Source: a virus
Direction: 5' to 3' (one strand)
IMG/VR virus record: IMGVR_UViG_3300037511_000125
Coordinates: 1 to 64,000 of that record
DNA length: 64,000 nucleotides
Every line of letters begins with the position of its first letter. Positions within the stretch are counted from its first letter, which is position 1. The translations under genes and the position numbers were made by a program. Below the pieces are notes generated by a model. The model was given only the letters and a program-made list of their open reading frames with translations. It was not told the DNA's origin and searched no databases. This document shows, in pieces, positions 9,055 through 17,525 of the stretch.

Positions 9055-10305
9055 TCAATTTAGCGTCGCCGCCAATGTGATGCGAATCCCATCCATCGCG
9101 CCGGTCGTGTTAGTGCCGCTTATCAGCACAATATCTAGCCGGTCGCCGGCTGCGAACGTTACGGGATTCCCGCCGCTCGTGGTGAAGGTCGCCTTGTTAA
9201 ACGTATGCAGGACGCTGAAGGTCCCGATCGAAGTCCCGTTCTGCAGGATGTTGAATATCGGCGAGCCGTCAGGCGTCACGTCCGAGTAACCCGCGCTGCC
9301 GGCAAAGTTCGCCGGGAAGGTCATCGCACGCGGGATGACGATGCTTGCGATTGACTGGTTATTGACGATTTGCGCGTTGCGTACGTAGGGCAGCGGGAAG
9401 TACACCATCTGCCCGGTTCCGGCCTGCACTGCGCTTTGCGCTGCCGTCTGGGCGGCAGTCTTCACGAATGCCGTGCTCGCAGCGTTCTGGCTGTTATCGC
9501 TTGCCGCGGGAGTCGGAACAATCGGGCTGTTGACGAAATTCCATACGCGGGTTGCGCGGGTGACAGATGCAGAGTCGCCCAGGAATCCGCCATTGTCGGC
9601 GTAGGCGTAAAAGTGCAGATCGCCGCCGCCATTGTTCGAACCAGTCTGCGCGGTATCGCTACCGAACTTCCAGAGCGAAACGCCCGACCATTCGAGAAGA
9701 ATCCCCCGGAATACACTACCTGCAGCGTTGTACCCTAATACACCATTGGCTGTGCCACCACTGATCGGCAGATAGGTCGCGGCTGCGCCAGCGGTCGTAA
9801 GATAGTTGCCGGGGGCGAAATTCCCGCTATCCCATGGCGTCGCACCGTTGAACGTCGGTCGCTGGGTAAAAGTGCCAGCGCCGCTGACATTCAATGCGCC
9901 CGCGACCACAACCGGCGCAGACACGCCCGCATCGGTCAACTGCGATGCACCGCCGAAGCTCTGAAAGCTAACCGCCTTCACTGTGCCCGCGAACGTATTC
10001 GTTCCCGTCCAGGTCTGCGTACCGCTCAGCAGGCCAAGATTCGAATACTGGATGCCGGTGTCGAGCACTCCGGTTCCGGTCGTGTTCGAAAACGCGACGA
10101 GGCCATTTTCCGTCGATGACGTCGGACCTGTGACGCTGCCCGATCCAGAGCCGCACGGACTACCTGTCGTGCCGATCGAATATGCGCTAGTAGCCTGGAG
10201 ACAATTCCCTGGCGTCATAGCCGCAGAGGGCGTGACTCCAGGGCTGTACATCTGCGCGCCGGCCGAACTGCACAAGGCAATCAGGAGCAAGGCAACGTAG
10301 CGCAT
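9055..10305 (-). CDS. tail-fibre-like protein with an N-terminal Sec-type signal peptide
   Basis: MRYVALLLIALCSSAGAQ looks like a signal peptide. Followed by fibre-like ...GTQTWTGTNTFAGT... and Gly/Thr/Ser-rich beta repeats. Confidence 0.55.
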   Translation of the reverse strand: MRYVALLLIALCSSAGAQMYSPGVTPSAAMTPGNCLQATSAYSIGTTGSPCGSGSGSVTGPTSSTENGLVAFSNTTGTGVLDTGIQYSNLGLLSGTQTWTGTNTFAGTVKAVSFQSFGGASQLTDAGVSAPVVVAGALNVSGAGTFTQRPTFNGATPWDSGNFAPGNYLTTAGAAATYLPISGGTANGVLGYNAAGSVFRGILLEWSGVSLWKFGSDTAQTGSNNGGGDLHFYAYADNGGFLGDSASVTRATRVWNFVNSPIVPTPAASDNSQNAASTAFVKTAAQTAAQSAVQAGTGQMVYFPLPYVRNAQIVNNQSIASIVIPRAMTFPANFAGSAGYSDVTPDGSPIFNILQNGTSIGTFSVLHTFNKATFTTSGGNPVTFAAGDRLDIVLISGTNTTGAMDGIRITLAATLN

Positions 10306-10462
10306 ATGTCCAAGAATTATTGCCCGCGAACGGGCGAATACCGTCGTTGCGACGGAGCGGAACTGTGGGCGCCCGACACTGCGGCTAGCTCCGGCGGTGA
10401 GGGGTTTGTAGCAGAAGGGCTACTGAATCAGCGATTTCAGGCGAGGTTGTCGCCCTGGGGCA

Positions 10463-11650
10463 TCAAGCGGCCCACGAAACCCAGCTAGCCGACTCAACCT
10501 TTCTCGGCTCATCAACGTTCACCGGCATGCTGAATGTGATGCCCTGCGTCGGGTGCGTCAGCCAAAGAGCTTGGCGCGGCGGCTCATAGCCGAAGTTATT
10601 CGAGTACGCGTACTCGTCGTATCCCTTCAGCGAGCCGTTCACGATCAGGCGTTGCAACTGGATCAATTGGTGCCAATGCCCGAGCAGCATAGTGTCGTAG
10701 CTCGCGCCGATCTGGGTCTGTCTGCTGCGCTTCTTATGGTCGCCGCGGATGATCGGGCCTAGTGCGCCAATCATGCCATCGCCACCGCGGAACTGGTCAC
10801 CGTGAGTGAGCAGGTAGCGGTGATCGTAAATCTTGTACAGCGCGTCCGGGCCGTTCGGGATCAGGAACGAGACGCGCTTGTCGTCTTCGAACCGCTTGGC
10901 GAGGAAGCAGTAAAGCAGCCAGTCGAATGACGTGTAGTTCCGGCCCTTGGCGCGGATCTTATGGGTGTTACGCCCATGATTGCCGGTCACGCACGGCACG
11001 AACACGCGCCCAAACCGATCAGCCAGGGTATTGATACACCACGTCAGCGCGCCGAACAGATCGAGCACGACGGCCATGATTTCATGCTCGTCGGTCGCCA
11101 TGAGTTCTTCATGGATGCCGCCTGAAACCATATCGCCGCCAAGGGCGAACACTATGCCCGGATACTCCGGGTTCACCATGTGGTTGTTCAGGAGGTCAAT
11201 AGCGACCTCGACCATCCGGCGAATGCGCTTGTTGGCAATCGCCATGTCGTATTCGTTCACGCCGCCAATCTGCGACGAGTCGACGACTTCGCCCCAATGA
11301 AGATCCGACGCGAACAGGGTAGGGACGCCGGGCGACTTCTTCGACGGTCGGGCCGATACCAGCCATTTAGGCGGCTCAGCATGGGCCTCAGCTAACTTCA
11401 GGATGCGGCGCTTTACGAATTCCTCGTCGAGCGCTTCACGCTTGCTTGCGGCCAACTGATTGCGGAGCGTGCGCAGTTCGCTTTCCAGCTCATCAACGCG
11501 CGAGACTGGTTCGGGAATGGGCGCGTCATCGTATCGACTCGGCACGCCGTTTAATCGGCCGCGAAGAGTCGATTCCGCCATACCAAGGGCGCGCGCTGCA
11601 CCGCGTACGCTGCCGTGCTGCGCTACGGCTTTCTTCAAGTCGTCAGTCAC
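10463..11650 (-). CDS. HTH plus calcineurin-like metallophosphoesterase
   Basis: N-terminal HTH (GSVRGAARALGMAESTLRGRL). Phosphoesterase motifs DLHWG, GGDMV, GNHG, GHWH. Confidence 0.75.
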   Translation of the reverse strand: MTDDLKKAVAQHGSVRGAARALGMAESTLRGRLNGVPSRYDDAPIPEPVSRVDELESELRTLRNQLAASKREALDEEFVKRRILKLAEAHAEPPKWLVSARPSKKSPGVPTLFASDLHWGEVVDSSQIGGVNEYDMAIANKRIRRMVEVAIDLLNNHMVNPEYPGIVFALGGDMVSGGIHEELMATDEHEIMAVVLDLFGALTWCINTLADRFGRVFVPCVTGNHGRNTHKIRAKGRNYTSFDWLLYCFLAKRFEDDKRVSFLIPNGPDALYKIYDHRYLLTHGDQFRGGDGMIGALGPIIRGDHKKRSRQTQIGASYDTMLLGHWHQLIQLQRLIVNGSLKGYDEYAYSNNFGYEPPRQALWLTHPTQGITFSMPVNVDEPRKVESASWVSWAA

Positions 11651-11723
11651 GGGCGCCCTTTAGTCATAAATGAATAGAATTCTGTCTTTATGTGCCAGAT
11701 ATGGATAAAACTCTGACACTTCG

Positions 11724-11782
11724 AATCTTCTCAAAATCTCCTCACCGAATGAGAAGATTATGAGGAGATTATGAGGAGATTA
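11724..11782. repeat. five copies of a 10-mer TGAG(A/G)AGATT: two inverted, then three tandem at 11-bp phase
   Basis: AATCTTCTCA at 11724-33 and AATCTCCTCA at 11735-44. TGAGAAGATTA, TGAGGAGATTA and TGAGGAGATTA at 11750-82. An AT-rich block lies at 11660-11720. Confidence 0.8.
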
Positions 11783-12004
11783 CGAGTTCAGCAGCGGTCG
11801 AAACTGCCCGCACCACTGGTCCGGCGCAGTGACCGGAAACGTGCTGACCTGCATCTGTTCTTGCATGTCGTATGTCACGGTCGGCGGATTGAGGCGACAG
11901 AACCAGACTACGCTGTCGTCGCCTTCGAACATCCACCCGCAGCGACATGCCTTGCAAGTCTCTGTTGGCTCCGCAATGACCGGAATTACTTTCTTGCGTG
12001 CCAT
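11780..12004 (-). CDS. hypothetical small Cys-containing protein
   Basis: 74-aa ORF with plausible composition, co-oriented with its neighbours. Confidence 0.5.
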   Translation of the reverse strand: MARKKVIPVIAEPTETCKACRCGWMFEGDDSVVWFCRLNPPTVTYDMQEQMQVSTFPVTAPDQWCGQFRPLLNS

Positions 12005-12519
12005 TGCGAGCGCTCAAATAAAATAGCCCACCGAAGCGGGCAAAGCCTGAAGGGGAGTACAGGCGAGGAGACAGGGTGAGGCTACTTTTGCGCGCTCGCG
12101 TAACCCGTAGGGGCCAATCGGCCGGCGCAGCGCTAATTTCACCTTCGTGGCGGGCGACTGGCCGGGATTCGTCCCTCCCGTTTAAGTCCCAGGCCTGCTA
12201 CGCACAGGGTACCAATCGCCCATCATGAAGGCCCAAGTCTTTGCTTGGGCGGTACTTCGGTACGCTTCCCAGCGTTCCATTCGAGAGCGGCCGTGAATCC
12301 ACAGCCCGAACCCTCAAGCCCTCTAAGGGGAACCTCGTTGTCCGACATCGCGGAACAATCACCCGAAACACCCTGTTTCGAGCATTAAATCCGAGATGTC
12401 GGAAATAACTTACGTTTTTGCCGTTTTTGCTGCGGCCTGACTGAGATATCAGTCGCAGCCCACGACACGCCAATCGCACCAGTGGTTGAACTGGTCGCAA
12501 TACCAGCATCGCATCCCGA
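12005..12519. ncRNA. candidate structured noncoding region (strand unresolved)
   Basis: About 515 nt with only Arg-rich shadow ORFs. Hand-folded helices: 12341-49/12395-403 (9 bp) enclosing 12364-70/12374-80 (7 bp), 12232-37/12244-49, and GTAC-TTCG-GTAC at 12252-63. Confidence 0.3.
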
Positions 12520-12795
12520 TTACCGGATGCGAAACTCCCACAGGTCCGAAAGCTTGCGCCTCTGTAGCGCCATCGCCTTCTCCGCTTCCTCGACCGTGCG
12601 GTATCTGTTCCACTTGCGCCATTCCTTGCTCACCAGCGATTCAGGCAACTGGCAGCGAAGGTGCCGCCGACACTCGACGATGACAGGCTTATCCTTCTTC
12701 GACGTAGGCCGGATCGGTCTCTGCTCGACAATCCCGGCGCGCACGGCTTTCGCCTCGTTGCAGGACTCGCGATAGCTATTCACTTGCGCCCTCAA
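12520..12795 (-). CDS. hypothetical protein
   Basis: 91-aa ORF, basic, co-oriented with its neighbours. Confidence 0.5.
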   Translation of the reverse strand: MRAQVNSYRESCNEAKAVRAGIVEQRPIRPTSKKDKPVIVECRRHLRCQLPESLVSKEWRKWNRYRTVEEAEKAMALQRRKLSDLWEFRIR

Positions 12796-12882
12796 TCAGT
12801 TCGGCTAGATCCGTCCAGAACGACGAAAGCTCGAGATTCAGCGCGCCAAGGAACAGAAGCCATGCCGTTAGCGGATTCACTT

Positions 12883-13101
12883 TCACTCTCGCTCATGTTT
12901 GGGAGCGTCGAACAAGGCTTCAATGGCCTTGCGTGCCGCCCATCCCTTGCGGACTGTCAGCGTTCGACGCTTGGGTGCTGGTGCGTTTGCGGTCTTTTCG
13001 ATGGCTCGCTTAGCCTGCCTGGCTGCTTGCGCCTGCTTTGCAGCATAGAAATCTTCCGGATTCCCGTAAGCGCTGGACTCTAGGGGTTCGGGGAATTTCA
13101 T
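12883..13101 (-). CDS. hypothetical protein (first gene after the late terminator)
   Basis: I start it at the internal ATG 13101 (MKFPEPLESSAYG...). The longer track ORF would run through the terminator. Confidence 0.45.
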   Translation of the reverse strand: MKFPEPLESSAYGNPEDFYAAKQAQAARQAKRAIEKTANAPAPKRRTLTVRKGWAARKAIEALFDAPKHERE

Positions 13102-13112
13102 GGCGGTAAACG

Positions 13113-13132
13113 ACAAAACCCGCCAAGCGGGT
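13113..13132 (-). terminator. terminator of a short late leader transcript (tR'-like)
   Basis: Minus strand ACCCGC-UUG-GCGGGU followed by UUUUG. A CCUCCC/GGGAGG hairpin lies just upstream, about 90-100 nt below the promoter. Confidence 0.55.
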
Positions 13133-13221
13133 CGCTGTAGCGGGTTTCTTTGGTGACACCTACACCTCCCATTCCGGGAGGGTAAGCTCAGGCGCAAGGC
13201 CGAATCTGTAATCTGACACGG

Positions 13222-13250
13222 ATTATAAAACGCACTTTTCCGGTTTACAA
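13222..13250 (-). promoter_or_regulatory. sigma70-type late promoter (PR'-like)
   Basis: Minus strand reads TTGTAA-17 nt-TATAAT (-35 at 13250-13245, -10 at 13227-13222). It overlaps the stop of the Q-like gene. Confidence 0.6.
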
Positions 13251-13660
13251 GCACTTTTTGCGGCTGACTGCAAGATTTTTTCGGCGGTCAGCATGGCGAT
13301 GTTTTTGCACAGTGCGGACTTAGCCTGAGCAAGCACCAGATCAACTTTGACGCCACGCAAACTGATGTTGTGCGACTTCCGCATGCGAGTGCTGACCTTA
13401 TCCGCGTCCATCCCCCAAACCCAGTGATATTTGAGGCACCACTTGTATGTGTGATTGGGGAGCATCGTCCAGGCTTTCTCGACTAACCAACCGTCCCACT
13501 CATCTTTAGTCATCGACGGCGCTTGAACCGTCTTTCCCGCATCGCGGAGCAACACATACCATTTGGCCCATAAGGCACATTCGCCAGATTGGAAACGGGG
13601 AGAGCGGACTACGCGGCTCCAGTTATTCAGGCGATCATCAATGTTCTCAAAGTCCATCAC
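13223..13660 (-). CDS. putative late-gene antiterminator (Q-like, by context)
   Basis: 145-aa ORF directly followed by a consensus promoter and a terminated leader. I could not verify sequence similarity to Q. Confidence 0.4.
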   Translation of the reverse strand: MMDFENIDDRLNNWSRVVRSPRFQSGECALWAKWYVLLRDAGKTVQAPSMTKDEWDGWLVEKAWTMLPNHTYKWCLKYHWVWGMDADKVSTRMRKSHNISLRGVKVDLVLAQAKSALCKNIAMLTAEKILQSAAKSACKPEKCVL

Positions 13661-13724
13661 CGGCCCCGTGATTTAACGCTTCACATTATATCGTAAATTT
13701 AGTTGTCCTGCGCGAAACGTTGTG

Positions 13725-13982
13725 CTATAGCCTCATCAGTTTCTGAACTGAAGTGCGCGGGAAAATATATGTCGTGACCGTATTCATTGCATACTTGTAC
13801 GCATCGAGAGCGCTGATCCCGAATCCGAGAGCAGAGATGGTCGGCGTTTCCTGCTGGCAGCACCATACGCCTAAGTGCGGTACATCAGGCACGATGTTCG
13901 TCACCGTAAGATGCGGCTTGTCTCGACCTATCTGCATGGGCAAGCCCGAAGTAGACGGCCATTGCGATACAAAATTCCTCAT
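13725..13982 (-). CDS. hypothetical protein
   Basis: 85-aa ORF with lower GC than its neighbours. Confidence 0.4.
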   Translation of the reverse strand: MRNFVSQWPSTSGLPMQIGRDKPHLTVTNIVPDVPHLGVWCCQQETPTISALGFGISALDAYKYAMNTVTTYIFPRTSVQKLMRL

Positions 13983-14242
13983 CTCTCTTCTCCCGTAACG
14001 CCATACATGTAAATCGGTTGGTCGCCTATACCGCCCACGTCTGCCAGATCTGGTTCGCGCTTATACGGCGCAAGCCAATCTCCGCTCCCGTGCGTTACGA
14101 TTTCTGCGCCGGGGCACGCATACTTTCTCCGCCTCAACGTAGGCATCTTCGGGCGACGCTGGAGGCGATAAAGTACGAATGCGCCGCATGTACCGACACC
14201 GATGAAGAACCCGGCCATCAGGCCATGGATGAAGGGGCTCAT
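13979..14242 (-). CDS. small membrane protein
   Basis: N-terminal TM helix FIHGLMAGFFIGVGTCGAFVLY. Overlapping start/stop with both neighbours. Confidence 0.5.
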   Translation of the reverse strand: MSPFIHGLMAGFFIGVGTCGAFVLYRLQRRPKMPTLRRRKYACPGAEIVTHGSGDWLAPYKREPDLADVGGIGDQPIYMYGVTGEER

Positions 14243-14724
14243 GGTTTTTCCTTTGAAATCACCTCATCGATCGCAACATCCAAACACTCAGGAAATTTCT
14301 CTTCGGGCTTGTGGCCTAGGAAGTAGTGAACGTGCTTTCCACTAGGTAGCGGCACAGTGACGTTTAGCGGCATGCCTCGGCGCATCCACCGATACCGATC
14401 ACCGTCCACCTTCTCGGCCCTGAACATTTCCGCATTCGCATGAGCGAGAAGCTTGGCGGCTTGCAAGTCTTCGCGCAGACGGCGGATTTCGGTGCAGAGT
14501 TCGAGAATGGCTTTCGGCGAATTAGCCTCGATGTGCGCCGCAACCTGCGACTCGTCGATAGGCTCGGGCCAATTACCGATATTGCCGAATACACGGCATA
14601 CGGAATCGCCGTCCGGCCCCCACACATGCATTCCGTCGAACGTGCCATCGGGGCCGCATTCGGTTGACCATGATTCGCCACCTGCCGCCTTAGCAAGAGT
14701 CTCTAGCTTGTCGATGTCGATCAT
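14239..14724 (-). CDS. Ead/Ea22-like protein
   Basis: The ...AAHIEANSPKAILELCTEIRRLRE... motif is typical of the Ea22-like early protein family (from memory). Confidence 0.55.
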   Translation of the reverse strand: MIDIDKLETLAKAAGGESWSTECGPDGTFDGMHVWGPDGDSVCRVFGNIGNWPEPIDESQVAAHIEANSPKAILELCTEIRRLREDLQAAKLLAHANAEMFRAEKVDGDRYRWMRRGMPLNVTVPLPSGKHVHYFLGHKPEEKFPECLDVAIDEVISKEKP

Positions 14725-14975
14725 GCGTCCACTCCCTCAAGCAGCTTGGCGACTTCCGCGACAACCCGATCGGCACGCTCACTATCGAACGAAGTAACGA
14801 GGTCGTATAGCGCATCCTCGTTGCCAACTTTCAACTTGACCTTGAGGTCGACCTGACCAAGTTCTGTTTCGCAAACCTGATGCATGATGAAATCATCGCC
14901 GTCCGGTTCGATGTAGAACAGAACCTGCCGCCCGTCCGATGCTTCGCCGATTGCTGCAAACTTGCGTGTGGTCAC
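14721..14975 (-). CDS. hypothetical protein
   Basis: 84-aa ORF, translationally coupled. Confidence 0.55.
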   Translation of the reverse strand: MTTRKFAAIGEASDGRQVLFYIEPDGDDFIMHQVCETELGQVDLKVKLKVGNEDALYDLVTSFDSERADRVVAEVAKLLEGVDA

Positions 14976-15559
14976 GCTGCTTTCCTTTTAAGTAGACGGA
15001 CTTGCTCTCTGTAGAACGCCTTCATCTCCTGGATTTCGGCGATGGTGTATTTCTTGGGTTCGTGCGGGCCTTCGAGCCATTCGACGCGCGGCAAACCGAT
15101 TCGCTTAACCAGGTTCTTTCGATAGCGGATGAGATTCCCTGACAGGTCAGTATTACATGGCTTACACTGCTTATGGACGTTATCCGGCTCAAATCTGAGC
15201 GCCGGCTCTCTGCCGACACCCTGGTAATGCCCGGCGTGCCATTGGCCCCTGTGATAGCGACCGCACGATATGCACGGCCGATCTTCATCTCTGAGCCTGA
15301 TCCACTGGTTGAACACAACCTGCAATTCGCTGAGGTGATCGCCTCGCGTCTTGATACGCTCCCTGGCTTCGCGCAGCGATTTCCTCTCGGCTTGCTTCAC
15401 CTTGGCCGCCTGCTTTGCCTTGGCCTTATCCGTAAGCGCTATCGCACACGGGACGCTGCACGCCTTGGACATGCTGCTGATCGGCGTGAAACTCGCGTGA
15501 CAGTGCTTACATTTCTTTAATTTGAGCCTTTTCGTAACAGGAAGCGAAGAGCGGATCAC
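14972..15559 (-). CDS. ninG: NinG/Rap-like recombination endonuclease
   Basis: Cys clusters CKHC...CSVPC, and ...CISCG...HAGHY...CKPCN... as in lambda NinG. Confidence 0.8.
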   Translation of the reverse strand: MIRSSLPVTKRLKLKKCKHCHASFTPISSMSKACSVPCAIALTDKAKAKQAAKVKQAERKSLREARERIKTRGDHLSELQVVFNQWIRLRDEDRPCISCGRYHRGQWHAGHYQGVGREPALRFEPDNVHKQCKPCNTDLSGNLIRYRKNLVKRIGLPRVEWLEGPHEPKKYTIAEIQEMKAFYREQVRLLKRKAA

Positions 15560-16380
15560 TTATCGCCTCCGGTTCTTTCCAGCGATTTCCACCCCTTATT
15601 GCGCGCGTAGGCAACCGCCTCAGGCGTCACATCAAACTTTTTCGCCCAATAAACGTGGGTCTCATTACTGTTGCGCATCTCTAAAATCTGCGCTGGGGTC
15701 AGCTTGTACCTTTTGCCGAGAGGTGTGCTCAATGCCTCTTCAATAGACCATCCCTTTCTGATGCGCTCTTTTAGAGTTCCCGGCTCAATCCCCAAGGATC
15801 GCGCCCATTGAGTCAGAGTCTTCGTTTCGCCATTGTGAGAAATGACGCGATTGGCCCTTGTGTTGTTGTGCTGTTCAGTATCCGTAGCCCAACGACAGTT
15901 CCCCGGTTCATAATTTCCGTTGAAGTCGGGATGTCGATCCAGCGTCATTCCTTCAGGGCGATCACCCATGTCTTCATAGAAGTTTTCGAATGACAGCCAA
16001 CGCTCACAAACCGTAATCCCGCGTCCGCCATAGTTATCAAAATGCATGTGCTTTGGGTTTAGGCACCGCTCCTTCATGGCACTCCAAGATTCGTACGTCG
16101 GTGTATTTGACATGCCGTGCTTCACAAGCCGTCGCCCCGTCTCGGTGCTTACTTCCCTTCGAAGGCATCCGCAACTTTTAATATCGCCGGATCGCAAGGA
16201 TTTTCCGCCTACGTCGCAGGTGTTGCCGCATTCGCATACGCAATCCCAATGAATCTGCCATTTTGTGCGACGCTGCGATCGATGCAGCACCGTCAAACGC
16301 CCAAAAGTGAGGCCGGTTAGGTCGATTAGTCTCACAAGTTCCTCGCTTCCGCCCGCTTGGTAGCTTCGATTGTTCGCCAC
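15556..16380 (-). CDS. HNH-family homing-endonuclease-like DNA-binding protein
   Basis: ...LDRHPDFNGNYEPGNCRWATDTEQHNNTR... is an HNH-like core, with a C-terminal HTH-like region. GC is lower than in the flanks. Confidence 0.6.
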   Translation of the reverse strand: MANNRSYQAGGSEELVRLIDLTGLTFGRLTVLHRSQRRTKWQIHWDCVCECGNTCDVGGKSLRSGDIKSCGCLRREVSTETGRRLVKHGMSNTPTYESWSAMKERCLNPKHMHFDNYGGRGITVCERWLSFENFYEDMGDRPEGMTLDRHPDFNGNYEPGNCRWATDTEQHNNTRANRVISHNGETKTLTQWARSLGIEPGTLKERIRKGWSIEEALSTPLGKRYKLTPAQILEMRNSNETHVYWAKKFDVTPEAVAYARNKGWKSLERTGGDK

Positions 16381-16676
16381 GCTTCGATTTTTGCCTCGGC
16401 CCCGACGATCAGCCAGCGCAGGCGCTCTTCGTTCTCCGTAGCCTCTTGCAGGCCCACCAGCGTCTCGATGTAGCTTGGATCGGCATACGCTTCCCTTTCC
16501 TGCATCGCCGCCGTCTTGTGGCCGCGCAACTCGGCGTCACGCATGAGCATCGCCTTCTTGCTCTTTCGGAAATTCTCGAGATACACGCGTTGCGCCTTGG
16601 CTTGCGCGTAGGCGGGCGCGTTGTCGCGGATAAAGTCCAGACAGCGGAAGATGTTCAGTTCGCCTTCGTCGGTCAT
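16332..16676 (-). CDS. hypothetical coiled-coil protein
   Basis: I start it at the internal ATG (MTDEGELNIF...). Confidence 0.5.
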   Translation of the reverse strand: MTDEGELNIFRCLDFIRDNAPAYAQAKAQRVYLENFRKSKKAMLMRDAELRGHKTAAMQEREAYADPSYIETLVGLQEATENEERLRWLIVGAEAKIEAWRTIEATKRAEARNL

Positions 16677-16755
16677 TTCGCCAACCTCCACAACACCGCC
16701 CCACATCCCACCAGAAAAAGAGAGATACCGATTGCTTCTAATATTCCGAGGGGGA

Positions 16756-17331
16756 TCATGCGGCCTCCGAATTCGATTGAGCGATCTGCCGCGCGTCTTC
16801 CTCGCGGGCGGCGTGTTCGGATAAGGCGGGGCTGCGCAGCCATTTCGCAGGCCGGTCGTCGCCTTCTGGATACGTGCGAATGAACGTCAGCAACATGACG
16901 AGGTTGCAAAGGAAATGGCCGCGATGGGGCCGCTTCGATTCCGGGTCAAGTGCCTCGCCGGCCATCATCCCGAAGATCAGGTGACGCGCCGCGCAGGCTA
17001 GAGGCACGCTCCACGCCATACCTTTAGCCCAGTTCCACTCAGCGTACTTGCGGCGACCATAGTCGAATACGGCTGCACATTCCTCCCAAGCAGGGCCGAC
17101 CGAGGTGATCGCATTGCGCAGGTAGACGTCGCTGCCTCCCTCCTGGAACAACGCGAGATTCCACAGAGCACCGATCCAAGCGTTCGCCGGATCGTCTTCT
17201 GCGGTGACGAGTTCGAACTGCTCCGCGATCAGGCGCAGCGGAATCAGTTCGATCGGCACCTTGCCGGCGTTGTAGCGCGCTCCAGATCCGCGCGCGTCCG
17301 AGTGCACGTCGCCAATGTTCGCTGCGTTCAT
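16756..17331 (-). CDS. dATP/dGTP diphosphohydrolase-like protein (DUF5664-type N-terminus)
   Basis: Starts at ATG 17331, which overlaps the upstream stop. ...GARYNAGKVPIELIP... matches the family signature as I recall it. Confidence 0.6.
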   Translation of the reverse strand: MNAANIGDVHSDARGSGARYNAGKVPIELIPLRLIAEQFELVTAEDDPANAWIGALWNLALFQEGGSDVYLRNAITSVGPAWEECAAVFDYGRRKYAEWNWAKGMAWSVPLACAARHLIFGMMAGEALDPESKRPHRGHFLCNLVMLLTFIRTYPEGDDRPAKWLRSPALSEHAAREEDARQIAQSNSEAA

Positions 17332-17525
17332 GCCACCACCTTCTGCCGATCCAGATATTCCTTGACCGCCTCTGCTTCCAGATCCTCCGCCAGATTGTTC
17401 ATCTCGGAAATGAGGCGCACGACTTCGCCCGAGCCGAAACCCTTTGCGGATGCCTCGACTATCTGACGTTGCAACAATCCGATGCGCACTAGCATTTCGG
17501 GTGCTGTGGTTGAGGTGTAGGTCAT
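17328..17525 (-). CDS. hypothetical protein
   Basis: 65-aa ORF with 4-nt overlaps on both sides. Confidence 0.5.
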   Translation of the reverse strand: MTYTSTTAPEMLVRIGLLQRQIVEASAKGFGSGEVVRLISEMNNLAEDLEAEAVKEYLDRQKVVA

